32,000 bases of DNA from Raphidiopsis brookii D9 (GCA_000175855.1 ACYB01000004.1:60001-92000), one strand, 5' to 3'. Positions 17,946-26,952 are shown, counted from the stretch's first letter. Numbers and translations are program-made. Notes: generated by a model from the sequence alone, not told the origin.

Positions 17946-18693
17946 TTTACATGGGTTAAACTTGCCCCAAACTTTACAATCAAGTTTTTAGGATACAAAC
18001 AGTTCCTAATGTCAAGACAGATTATTTCTGAGTTTAATTTGGTAAAATGCTTTGCGGCCAAAGTGAGGATACATTCCAGAAACCCAAACAAAAAAATCCT
18101 ATCCTCTTCCCTGTAACTTACTATATCAATTAATTTGCCGCCGATTTATTCTGATATTAGACCTGCCCACAATATTTGACAACAGTTATGCAACTTAAAT
18201 GCAACTAAAGAAAATGCAAAATTGTTATGAATCAAACTATAATTTTTGGATTAAAGTTTGGGATTGTGGAACAAAATAGTCAAGCGTTGCATCTATCTAA
18301 GGAAAGAGAATAATTTAAAATTTGTGATCAAATAAAGAGCATCTAGATATTTGAGTAATAAATAGTAATCAAAGTTAACCTGCCCAAAAAACTTCACAAA
18401 ATTAAGTATAGAATTTTGTTGCATAAGGCTTGAAATTGCACATTAATCAGTTTATTGTATTTGGTTGAATGATGTAAATGTAAATCCATCCCGTTGGTTT
18501 ATGAGGTGGATAGATAGGGAACCAAGCGACCAGATAAATTCACACCAAATTGATCCCTAATCCAGGTTGCCAATTCGTCAGTTTATCCACCCTTAACTAT
18601 GGAGGATTACAAATAAAAATCATGCAATTGTTGGTGTTTGTATATTGACAAATGCAAAATGGTAATTAAAATAAACTATAAGGGCTTGCTGGC
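17946..18693. promoter_or_regulatory. 748-bp AT-rich divergent intergenic region with repeated motifs (putative control region)
   Basis: It lies between the synthase operon (minus strand) and the ORF107/devBCA-family genes (plus strand). ATGCAA(C/A/T) occurs on the plus strand at 18188, 18199, 18214, 18622 and 18652, and on the minus strand at 18286-18292 and 18418-18424. A direct repeat ACCTGCCCA sits at 18161-18169 and 18378-18386 with similar flanks. An inverted 8-mer GGTGGATA / TATCCACC sits at ~18505 and ~18584. No promoter was mapped. Confidence 0.4.
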
Positions 18694-19017
18694 ATGAGAC
18701 TATCTGAACTAGATCCACTCATACCGCTAAATGAGTTGAGAGAAGAACTGCTGAAATTACCAAAAGGCTACTCTTTTTACGAAGATGAGTTGGTAGGATT
18801 TCTATCAAAACGTAGATGGCCTGATACGGAACGTCGAATTGATAGAACGACATTTTGGCGGTGGCGTAATGACAATGGAATTGAACATCAAAAAGTATTC
18901 AGTCGCTTGGATGTTCTCAAATTGTGTCAAATTTGTGATCACTATCGTGTTGATGGAACTCGCAATGAATACCTGGCACTTATGAAAAAGAAAAAGGAAC
19001 TAATGCTCAACAAATAA
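18694..19017 (+). CDS. Hypothetical 107-aa protein, possible HTH DNA-binding protein
   Basis: ATG-initiated ORF with plausible composition. The segment IDRTTFWRWRNDNGI resembles the S(R/K)STLYRW..(D/E)G recognition-helix pattern of AlpA/excisionase/MerR-like HTH proteins. No family assignment is possible by eye. Confidence 0.5.
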   Translation: MRLSELDPLIPLNELREELLKLPKGYSFYEDELVGFLSKRRWPDTERRIDRTTFWRWRNDNGIEHQKVFSRLDVLKLCQICDHYRVDGTRNEYLALMKKKKELMLNK

Positions 19018-19043
19018 TTGGAACTGATTCAAATTCTAGGTGT

Positions 19044-19090
19044 ATATAGCTAAGGAATAGATGAAAATACATCCATCTTCCTAGCTATAT
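19044..19090 (+). other. Imperfect inverted repeat (hairpin) between ORF107 and the DevB-family gene
   Basis: ATATAGCTAAGGAA (19044-19057) pairs with TTCCTAGCTATAT (19078-19090) with a one-base bulge and a ~20-nt loop. No T-tract follows. Confidence 0.3.
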
Positions 19091-19256
19091 CTAGAAACTC
19101 CATCTTGCTTGTTAAATAAAATTCAGCATATCACGCCATATCAATTGTAGTTATCAAAAGAATGCTATCTACCGCCGTATTATAAGTAGCTTGTCTCAAA
19201 CCACAAGGTTAAAACTTGATTTAAGGGATAGTAAACGGATAACTAAAGGCATAATT

Positions 19257-20456
19257 ATGGTAGACAAAGAAAAGCATTTACTTGTCAATTTTAGAAGTTG
19301 GTTGTTAATTAGTTTAGCGACTACCACATTTATATCTACCCTACTCATATCTTTTCAAAGTATTTCAAATTTCCAGACTAAATCCCAATCCAAGGTGGCA
19401 ATTCCCATTAATACTCCCAGTCCAATAATTACTGGTGTTGCTGCTTTAGGAAGACTAGAACCCCAAGGAGAAATAATTCGCTTATCTGCTTCTAACTCTT
19501 TGGGAGGAGGTATAAGAATAGCAAAACTTCTGGTCAAAAAAGGCGATAAAATTCGTCAAGGTCAATTAATTGCCTTTTTGGACAATTATAGTCTTAATCT
19601 TGCAGCTTTAGAAAAGGCCAAAAGACAAGTAGAAGTAGCAAAAGCCAATCTAGAAAAAGTAGAAGCTGGAGCAAAACAGGGAGATATTTATGCCCAAAAA
19701 GCCACCATTGGGCGATTGGAAGCAGAATTGCGTGGTGAAACATCAGCACAAAAAGCCATAATTGCTAGATTGCAAGCTGAATTAAATAATGCACAAAGAG
19801 AAAATCAGAGATATGAAGATTTATATGAAAATGGAGCAGTTTCCGCTTCAAATGCAGAGAGTAAACGCCTAAGAAGAGACACTCTACAGCAACAAATAAA
19901 TGAAGCAAAAGCAGCACTAAATAGAACTCAACAAACTTTGCAAAAACAATTAAATGAAGCTCAATCAAGACTCAACAGCATTGTGGAAATTCGTCCTACT
20001 GATCTACAAGTAGCAAAAGCAGATCTGGCAAGTGCAAAAGCTTCAATTACCCAGGTTCAAGCGGAATTAGATTTAAGTATAATTCGTTCACCCATTGATG
20101 GACAAGTTTTAAAAATTAATGCTTGGCCAGGAGAAATAATTAGTAGTCAAGGTATTGCTGAATTAGGAAGAACTCAGCAAATGTATGTGGTAGCAGAAGT
20201 TTATGAGACTGATGTTAAAAAAGTAAAATTAGGACAATCTGTAGACATTACTGCTGATGCTTTTCCAGGGAAAATTCAAGGAACAGTTACAGATATTGGA
20301 TTGCAAGTTAATCAGCAAAATATCTTCAATAATCATCCGGGTGCTGATACAGACAACAAAATAGTTGATGTCAAAATTCGGATCAACAATCCCAAAGATA
20401 ACCAAAGGGTTGCAGATTTAACTAACCTACAGGTTCAGGTATGGATCAACATGTAA
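19257..20456 (+). CDS. DevB-family membrane fusion protein (HlyD-like) of a tripartite ABC exporter
   Basis: N-terminal TM segment, then ITGVAALGRLEPQGEIIRLSA, which is typical of DevB-family MFPs. A long coiled-coil (LEKAKRQVEVAKANLEKVEAG...) and a C-terminal beta-barrel region follow. ATG at 19257 (AAAGG upstream) is preferred over the TTG at 19191 used in the ORF track. Confidence 0.9.
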   Translation: MVDKEKHLLVNFRSWLLISLATTTFISTLLISFQSISNFQTKSQSKVAIPINTPSPIITGVAALGRLEPQGEIIRLSASNSLGGGIRIAKLLVKKGDKIRQGQLIAFLDNYSLNLAALEKAKRQVEVAKANLEKVEAGAKQGDIYAQKATIGRLEAELRGETSAQKAIIARLQAELNNAQRENQRYEDLYENGAVSASNAESKRLRRDTLQQQINEAKAALNRTQQTLQKQLNEAQSRLNSIVEIRPTDLQVAKADLASAKASITQVQAELDLSIIRSPIDGQVLKINAWPGEIISSQGIAELGRTQQMYVVAEVYETDVKKVKLGQSVDITADAFPGKIQGTVTDIGLQVNQQNIFNNHPGADTDNKIVDVKIRINNPKDNQRVADLTNLQVQVWINM

Positions 20457-20511
20457 TAGTTAAAAGTTAGGAGTCAATTCACATAACAACTTAAATTAAG
20501 AGGTCTTCAAA

Positions 20512-21684
20512 ATGATCCTAAATATTCCTCTGGCTTGGCTACAACTGGCTAAACAAAAAGTTCGTTTTCTTGTAGCTCTAGCGGGAATTTCTTTTGTTGC
20601 TGTTTTAATGTTTATGCAAATTGGGTTTCAAGATGCACTGTATGCTAGTGCCACACAATTGCATAAGAATATCGAAGGAGATTTATTTTTGATTAGTGCT
20701 CAATATAAATCCTTAACTTCTAACCAAAGTTTTCCTCGCAGTCGTTTATATCAAACCCTAGGTTTTAAGGATGTAGAGTCAGTGGATCCCCTATACGTAC
20801 AGTTTGCTAAGTTAAAAAATCCGGTAAATGGGCGGAAATATCCCATTTATGTGCTGGGATTTGATCCGGTTAAATCAATATTTAAGTTACCAGAAATACA
20901 ACAGGATTTTAAATTACTCCAAATACCAGATCGGGTATTTTTTGACCGTGCTGCTCGTCCAGAGTTTGGTCCAATTGCCCAACACTATAGCCAAAATAAA
21001 CCTGTCAGCATGGAGATATTCAGTTATCTAGGCTTAATAGGTTACAAAGTTAGGGTAAGTGGTTTATTTAGTCTTGGTCCATCTTTTGGGGTTGATGGGA
21101 ATTTAATTGTCAGTGATTCTACCTTCATGCGAGTGTTTCGAGAGCGCAATGCCAATCAAATAGATATAGGGTTAATTCACCTAAGACCTGGTGCTAATTC
21201 CCAAAGGGTATTAGGTGAACTATCAGCTAACTTACCCGAAGATGTGATGGTCATGAATCGTCGGGATTTTATCGAATTTGAAAAAAATTATTGGACTTTA
21301 AGAACACCCATCGGTTTTGTATTTAACTTGATGGTAATTATGGGTTTTGTCGTTGGTGTTATAGTTGTTTACCAAATTCTTTATAGTAATATATCCAGCC
21401 ATTTGATTGAATTTGCCACCCTCAAAGCCATGGGATTTAAAAATCAATATCTCCTAGGGGTTGTTTTTCAACAGGCTCTAATTTTAGCTGGTTTGGGATA
21501 CATTCCTGGATTTGCTATCTCCTTGGGACTTTACGACATAGCCAAAAATGCTACCCAATTACCTATTGTCATGGATGGTGATAAAGCATTTATTGTATTT
21601 ATTTCTGCTGTGGTTATGTGTTTAACTTCAGGTTTTTTCTCCACTAACAAATTACGCAAGTTAGATCCGGCTGATATTTTTTAA
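20512..21684 (+). CDS. DevC-family ABC exporter permease (FtsX-like)
   Basis: N-terminus IPLAWLQLAKQKVRFLVALAGISFVAVLMFMQIGFQDAL, a large periplasmic loop and a C-terminal FtsX-type TM bundle ending ...KLRKLDPADIF, as in DevC proteins. Confidence 0.9.
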   Translation: MILNIPLAWLQLAKQKVRFLVALAGISFVAVLMFMQIGFQDALYASATQLHKNIEGDLFLISAQYKSLTSNQSFPRSRLYQTLGFKDVESVDPLYVQFAKLKNPVNGRKYPIYVLGFDPVKSIFKLPEIQQDFKLLQIPDRVFFDRAARPEFGPIAQHYSQNKPVSMEIFSYLGLIGYKVRVSGLFSLGPSFGVDGNLIVSDSTFMRVFRERNANQIDIGLIHLRPGANSQRVLGELSANLPEDVMVMNRRDFIEFEKNYWTLRTPIGFVFNLMVIMGFVVGVIVVYQILYSNISSHLIEFATLKAMGFKNQYLLGVVFQQALILAGLGYIPGFAISLGLYDIAKNATQLPIVMDGDKAFIVFISAVVMCLTSGFFSTNKLRKLDPADIF

Positions 21685-21743
21685 AAACATTAACATCTCC
21701 TATTCTCACAGTTGTCTAAAGTTGTTTCCTAAGTCGGAGGAAT

Positions 21744-22436
21744 ATGAAAAGTTCAAACCCCATTATAGAAATCGAGGGCTTAAATCAGTATTTTGGTAAA
21801 CCCAAATTAAAGAACCAGATATTATTTGATATTAATTTAAGAATTGATGCTGGTGAAATTGTGATTATGACAGGTCCTTCTGGATCGGGAAAGACCACCC
21901 TACTAACCTTGATTGGTGGTTTACGTTCTGTTCAAGAAGGAAGTTTAAAATTTCTGGGAGAGGAATTATGTGGAGTTAGAAACGGGAAGTTAGTCCAAGT
22001 ACGTCGTCAAATAGGTTATATTTTTCAAGGACATAATTTATTAGACTTTTTAACAGCTAGAGAAAATGTACAAATGTCTTTGGAATTACAAACCTATATT
22101 CCTCAAGGTCAAGCTAAAATGCAATCCCAATCCATCCTTGAGTCCGTAAAATTAGGTAACAGGATTAATTATTATCCTGAGGATCTGTCGGGAGGACAAA
22201 AACAAAGAGTTGCTATCGCACGTGCTTTAGTTAGTCACCCTAAATTAGTTTTAGCAGACGAACCCACAGCAGCTTTAGATAGTAAATCTGGTCGAGATGT
22301 GGTCAATATTATGCAGGAATTAGCTAGGGAACAAAATTGTGCCATTTTAATTGTCACTCATGATAACCGTATTTTGGATATTGCTGACCGTACTATTCAA
22401 ATGGAAGATGGCAAACTTACCCAGTTAGAGAATTAG
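21744..22436 (+). CDS. DevA-family ABC exporter ATP-binding protein
   Basis: Walker A GPSGSGKTT, signature LSGGQKQRVAIARAL, Walker B LVLADEPTAALD, H-loop VTHD. GGAGG lies just upstream of the ATG. Confidence 0.92.
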   Translation: MKSSNPIIEIEGLNQYFGKPKLKNQILFDINLRIDAGEIVIMTGPSGSGKTTLLTLIGGLRSVQEGSLKFLGEELCGVRNGKLVQVRRQIGYIFQGHNLLDFLTARENVQMSLELQTYIPQGQAKMQSQSILESVKLGNRINYYPEDLSGGQKQRVAIARALVSHPKLVLADEPTAALDSKSGRDVVNIMQELAREQNCAILIVTHDNRILDIADRTIQMEDGKLTQLEN

Positions 22437-23224
22437 GTGATGGGAGATTCAAAAGGAATTTCTTTAGCAGAGTTGAGATCTAAAAACAAACTGGCCTGTG
22501 GTTGATGACGTAAGATTGAAGCTGGACATTTGGGAGAAATATCACCATACAATAGCTCTTTGACTATTTTGGCTTTGCGGGTTTGTGGTGCTAAACACAT
22601 TATCTTTTTGGCTTTGCAAATCATGGGAATAGTTACAGTAAATGCGTATTGAGGCACACTCTCTAAATTAGGAAAATAGCCAGTTTTTACTTGCTGCTGA
22701 CGATTCATTTCATCCAGTTTGACTAGTTTCACTGGCGCTAAATCACCAAAGTTAGCCACATCGGGATCATTGAAGGCTAAATGTCCATTTTCTCCCACAC
22801 CTAGAAGACACAAGTCAATTGGTTGATTTGTGAGAAGTTTACCGTAACGCTCGCATTCGACAATTGGTTCTAGGGCGTTTCCTTCTATATATTCAAATTG
22901 TTGTGCCAATACCCTTTTTTCTACATTCTCTGTTAAATAATATCGGAAACTGGCGGGATTCTCTGGATTAATACCCAAATACTCATCTAGGTGAAATATG
23001 ATAACCCTTGACCAATCTATACCGCCAAGACTAATTAAATTATTTAGGAATTGTAGTTGTGATTTTCCTGTAGCTAATAACAAAGCGATTTTATCTCTTT
23101 GTTGTAAACACTCAACTAAATACTCCCTTGCTATTTTCCCAGCATCCCAAGCCATTTCTATTTCGGAACCATAAGTCCGTACTTGTAAATCATCTACTCG
23201 AAAGCATTTTATTGGCAGTGACAT
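22433..23224 (-). CDS. nagB: Glucosamine-6-phosphate deaminase/isomerase-like protein (NagB/PGL superfamily)
   Basis: LLATGKSQLQF, FHLDEYLG and GVGENGHLAFNDP match the NagB pattern rather than the DGHTAS pattern of 6-phosphogluconolactonase. Its stop codon overlaps the convergent DevA-family gene stop (TTAG at 22433-22436). Confidence 0.8.
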   Translation of the reverse strand: MSLPIKCFRVDDLQVRTYGSEIEMAWDAGKIAREYLVECLQQRDKIALLLATGKSQLQFLNNLISLGGIDWSRVIIFHLDEYLGINPENPASFRYYLTENVEKRVLAQQFEYIEGNALEPIVECERYGKLLTNQPIDLCLLGVGENGHLAFNDPDVANFGDLAPVKLVKLDEMNRQQQVKTGYFPNLESVPQYAFTVTIPMICKAKKIMCLAPQTRKAKIVKELLYGDISPKCPASILRHQPQASLFLDLNSAKEIPFESPIT

Positions 23225-23336
23225 GGATTTAAATAACCTAGGTTCAAGAAAGGATAAAAGTCAACAAGCAAGCAGAAAACAGATCAAAAAAACTCAGTCT
23301 GGGAAATCCAGTGGTTTGCAATCCTTAATTATATCC

Positions 23337-23654
23337 CTATTGATTAATTGGCTTTTTAGTTTGCCAAACTTCCTCAAATTCTGCTTTGGAAATTTCGAAC
23401 TCTTCTATATTGTTATCATCTAATCTCTTGTCACAAAGCATTCCATAATCATCAGACAGATGACTTTTGTCATAGAACAAAACATTCCCATTTTCATATA
23501 CCTCTACTTGTCTAATAGCATATAAATCACTATCAATTTCCATAAAATATGTACTAGACCCCCAAGAATCATACTCACCCCCAAGGGACACATCCCATGA
23601 CCACTTGTAATACTTACCTGATTTTTGCAATGTAGACATACTATATGCAATCAC
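23337..23654 (-). CDS. Small hypothetical protein (99-105 aa)
   Basis: The ORF has protein-like composition (...YFMEIDSDLYAIRQVEVYENGNVLFYD...ISKAEFEEVWQ). This resembles a widespread family of small uncharacterised bacterial proteins, but I cannot name the family. GTG at 23654 or ATG at 23639. Confidence 0.5.
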   Translation of the reverse strand: MIAYSMSTLQKSGKYYKWSWDVSLGGEYDSWGSSTYFMEIDSDLYAIRQVEVYENGNVLFYDKSHLSDDYGMLCDKRLDDNNIEEFEISKAEFEEVWQTKKPINQ

Positions 23655-23735
23655 TTACGTTGAATTTTCGACTTGGTTTTTATGGGTTACTATAACCTAG
23701 TATATACTCAGGAAGCAATTTCCCCTAAATACACA

Positions 23736-24465
23736 CTAATTCTCCTGGGGGAAATCATCCCAAAGACTAGTAATCTCTCGCAAACTTTGATGATTGCCAT
23801 TACCCAGTATCAAATGGTCTAATATGGGAATGTTTAACAGCTGTGCGCCTGATAACAACTGTCTGGTCAAATCTAAGTCCGCTTGACTAGGATCCAGATT
23901 ACCCGAAGGATGATTATGGGCAATTATCATACGTGTTGCACCATGTCGAATCACCTCTCGAAAAATGTCCCGGGGAGAAGCTAAGGTTTCAGTTGCAGTA
24001 CCAATGGTAATTATTTTCGTTCCTAAAAACCGATTTTTCACGTCTAATAGTAAAACTGCAAATTTTTCTTGACTTTGCCACATCAAATCCTGACTCAGGG
24101 TTGCTGCAGCTGCTATGGGACTGTCAATAATCGCTCCCTCCGCAGGACGAGATAAAAAACTCTTTTCCTAGTTCCACCGCAGCTAAAATCGATGTGGCCT
24201 TTGCAGATCCCACACCGTGAATTTCGGTCAACTGAGCTGGAGTAGCATCCCGCAAAGCAGCTAGGGGATCCCCTTGATCTCTTCCTAGTTCTTGTAGTAT
24301 GTGTTGACCCAACCCCACAGCTGATAGTTTACCAGGACCTTGTCCAGTTCCTAGTAGAATAGCAATCAGTTCCGCAGTAGCTAAAACCTTCGCCCCATGG
24401 GTAATTAGTCTTTCCCTCGGACGCTCATTTTCTGGTAAGTCACTTATTCTCAGACAATAGGTCAT
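23736..24465 (-). pseudogene. radC: radC-like gene (HhH + JAB/MPN domain) split by a 1-nt frameshift in an A6/T6 run
   Basis: ORF 24465-24124 encodes the RadC N-terminal HhH part (ERPRERL...[10 protein letters not shown]...IHGVGSAKA...AAVELGK). ORF 24086-23736 encodes the JAB part ([15 protein letters not shown]). Removing one base from the A6 run at 24154-24159 gives a continuous ...[38 protein letters not shown]... Confidence 0.8.
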
Positions 24466-24610
24466 ATCAGTTATTGTACGGTTGTGTCACAAAAAATTAG
24501 GGCTATTTTACAACCTACTAACCTGAAATATCCTCGTCAGATTTTCTATAGTGAATCAATCAAATTTGCATCTCCTTTACTTGGATTATACGTAATGGTA
24601 TGGACAAGAC

Positions 24611-26662
24611 TTAATTTACTACATCCTGATACACTATTTCTTGAAACTGGATAATATCTTTTTGCGGATCCGCAAGAGCTACCTTGACTAATACTCTTTC
24701 ACCCAATTTTACAGAGCGCTTAAACATCATTGGTAGTTGTAAACCTAGATCCTCCAATAAAATCAATGCCAGATTACTATCTTCCCTTAACCACATCAAA
24801 ACTATCACCTCCCATACTTGTTCCAGATGGCGACGTAGGTATTCTAAGGCGTAGTATCTGTTAGTTTGCCGTTCTACCATGGTTAATTCTTGGGTGGTAC
24901 TGCTCACGGTCATCATCACTTCTCTGATTTGTTCAGCAGAAAAAGGTGGTTCTTCACCCCTTAAATGGGCTTTGAGTTGAAAGTGGGTGAGTAAGTCACT
25001 GTAACGACGAATAGGGGAAGTAGCCTGAGTATAAGTGTCTAATCCTAAACCTGCATGACGCAAGGGGGTAGTGCTCATCTCGCTTTTTGGCATACATCGA
25101 CGTAAAGCACAAAATCTCACAAACCCTGGAGGGAGTTGCAGCAATTCCTCTTCCGGTGGTAGTTCCGGTTGGGGTTGACCACGAAAGGGTAGGGGGATAT
25201 TATGGCTTTGAGCATAACGTGCTGCTACTTCTCCCGCTAAAATCATCATTTCCGCCACTAATTGTCGAGATGGGGACTCATCCAATATATCTATGCTGAT
25301 CTCATCATTTTTGACCTTGATCATCGCTTCTGGCATGGTAATACTGATTGCGCCCTGGTTGTTTCTCCAGGTTTTCCTTTTCTGTGCTAAACCGGCGATC
25401 GCCTGGATTTCTGGTTCTGCTTGCACTGCCAAATCTAGCATTTCATCCACATCCTCATAGGTTAGGCGATAGGTAGGTTTAATCACACAAGGATGAATAC
25501 TATACTCCGCAACTCCGCCACTATCATCTAGAATTACGCTGAAACTGAGGGAACAACAAAGCCTTCCCTGTATCAGACTCATGGGACCTGTGGCCAACAC
25601 TTCCGGAAACATGGGGATCATTCCTGTGGGTAGGTAAACCGTACTACCGCGTCTCCTGGCTTCTAGATCTAACTCATCTTCTGGTATTAACCACCGGGTG
25701 GGATCGGCAATATGTATCCAGACCCGTTGTCTTCCATCCTCCAGCAATTCACAACTTAAACCATCATCTATTTCCGTCGTGCTTTCATCATCAATAGTAT
25801 AGACTTTGAGATGCTTGAGGTCTAACCGGTTAACATCTAAATCCGCTGGTGGGGAATCCAAAATTTCTTGCGCCACTTCTAATATTTTGCTAGGGAACTG
25901 AACAGGAATTGAGGAACGACGCAGGAATAGGTTTTCATGGGGACTCCACCACCCTAAGTCGATCAGTAATTGCAAAGCTGCTGGGGGAGTTGCAGAACGT
26001 CCCAGCATATTCATAGTTTCTAATACGGGACCTGGAGGTGGATAGTTACGCACCAAAGATTCCGAATTTATCCCCATACGTATAATATCGGCTACTAGGA
26101 TAGCATATTTTTCCAGGGCATCTAAACGCTGACGGTCAGACTTTTGCCATTCTACCGTGTCACCCCTGAGTGACCGCTCTACTCGCAGTAAAAATTCCTG
26201 TTGTCCTTGGGCTTTTTGGGTTTCTACTTCTATCTGGTGTTTTCTTTCTGCTACCTGGGAAGCACTACGCGGTTCATAAACTTCTCCCTTTTGCTTGAAA
26301 AATAGTTTATCATCCGATAGTAAGCAATGGGCAGCATAACACTGATATGGTAAGCACTCAGAAAACAGTAGATTTGCCATTTGACCAGGAGTGACACTTT
26401 CTCCCTCAGCTACCAACAATTCCCAGGCCACCTCCAAACTTGATGGATCTAGGTACGGTACAACCTGATCCAAAAATTTGGGAATCTGTGTTGACTTATA
26501 ACCCTCTCCATTAACGATATAGGTTATTTGTCGGGGTGCCAGGCTGTGGGATTGACCCCGTTCATCTACCACAAACCAACGAGTCTTACCGTCTGGACGA
26601 TCTACCACTCCCAGTCGGCGATCGCCTTGAACCCTGAATTCAACTAGCGTCCCCTTTTCCAC
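24611..26662 (-). CDS. rnb: Exoribonuclease II / RNase R family protein (RNB domain), 683 aa
   Basis: RNB catalytic motifs YTIDDESTTEIDDGLS and YTQATSPIRRYSDLLTHFQLKA, with a C-terminal S1-like tail (GERVLVKVALADP). Confidence 0.9.
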   Translation of the reverse strand: MEKGTLVEFRVQGDRRLGVVDRPDGKTRWFVVDERGQSHSLAPRQITYIVNGEGYKSTQIPKFLDQVVPYLDPSSLEVAWELLVAEGESVTPGQMANLLFSECLPYQCYAAHCLLSDDKLFFKQKGEVYEPRSASQVAERKHQIEVETQKAQGQQEFLLRVERSLRGDTVEWQKSDRQRLDALEKYAILVADIIRMGINSESLVRNYPPPGPVLETMNMLGRSATPPAALQLLIDLGWWSPHENLFLRRSSIPVQFPSKILEVAQEILDSPPADLDVNRLDLKHLKVYTIDDESTTEIDDGLSCELLEDGRQRVWIHIADPTRWLIPEDELDLEARRRGSTVYLPTGMIPMFPEVLATGPMSLIQGRLCCSLSFSVILDDSGGVAEYSIHPCVIKPTYRLTYEDVDEMLDLAVQAEPEIQAIAGLAQKRKTWRNNQGAISITMPEAMIKVKNDEISIDILDESPSRQLVAEMMILAGEVAARYAQSHNIPLPFRGQPQPELPPEEELLQLPPGFVRFCALRRCMPKSEMSTTPLRHAGLGLDTYTQATSPIRRYSDLLTHFQLKAHLRGEEPPFSAEQIREVMMTVSSTTQELTMVERQTNRYYALEYLRRHLEQVWEVIVLMWLREDSNLALILLEDLGLQLPMMFKRSVKLGERVLVKVALADPQKDIIQFQEIVYQDVVN

Positions 26663-26784
26663 AACCCTCTAACTTTTTAGTAATTTTAAATTTTTTATCC
26701 TAACACTTAATCTCAGTTTGGCAATTTTAGTCTTGGGAGTTTTTAGTCACCCTGATAGTTTGCCACTGTTCTCGACGGTTCACT

Positions 26785-26830
26785 GCAACTTGCTACCTAG
26801 GTAGTCTTACAGTTGCTCCCCGTCTTTTTT
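26785..26830 (+). other. Hairpin plus T6 tract in the rpsR-rnb spacer (terminator-like, orphan)
   Basis: GCAACT (26785-26790) pairs with AGTTGC (26811-26816) and encloses the perfect palindrome CTACCTAGGTAG. T6 follows at 26825-26830, 8 nt after the stem. No plus-strand gene lies upstream. Confidence 0.25.
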
Positions 26831-26891
26831 AGATCGTGCTGATGATCTATGCCGACCATTTCTATCATTCTACATTGATCCACCCAAAATG

Positions 26892-26939
26892 ACAAGCCAG
26901 GTTCCCAGGAAAAGCTTTTTTATATAGGATCCGGCTTGT
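26892..26939 (-). terminator. Weak candidate terminator/processing hairpin after rpsR
   Basis: ACAAGCC (26892-26898) pairs with GGCTTGT (26933-26939), plus 2 further bp across a bulge. The loop is long (~29 nt). On the minus strand it is followed by CATTTTG, so the T-tract is poor. Confidence 0.3.
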
Positions 26940-26952
26940 ATGGGAGAGCCTC

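Noticed and set aside
17990-18015. Sigma70-like promoter for the synthase operon (consensus TTGACA on the minus strand at 18015-18010)
   Set aside because: The best -10-like hexamer (TATCCT, 17995-17990) is only 14 nt away, and no better hexamer sits at 16-18 nt. The promoter is therefore not callable from sequence alone.
17916-18116. 66-aa plus-strand ORF at the edge of the intergenic region
   Set aside because: It overlaps the synthase start region and has no SD. Its composition reflects AT-rich non-coding DNA.
17946-18693. NtcA box (GTAN8TAC), HetR-type palindrome and DIF motif (TCCGGA) as signs of heterocyst-specific regulation
   Set aside because: I scanned the spacer by eye. Only half-sites appear (e.g. 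TGTAACTTACTATA at ~18112 and GTGAGGATAC at ~18063), and no TCCGGA occurs in the spacer. The evidence is insufficient.
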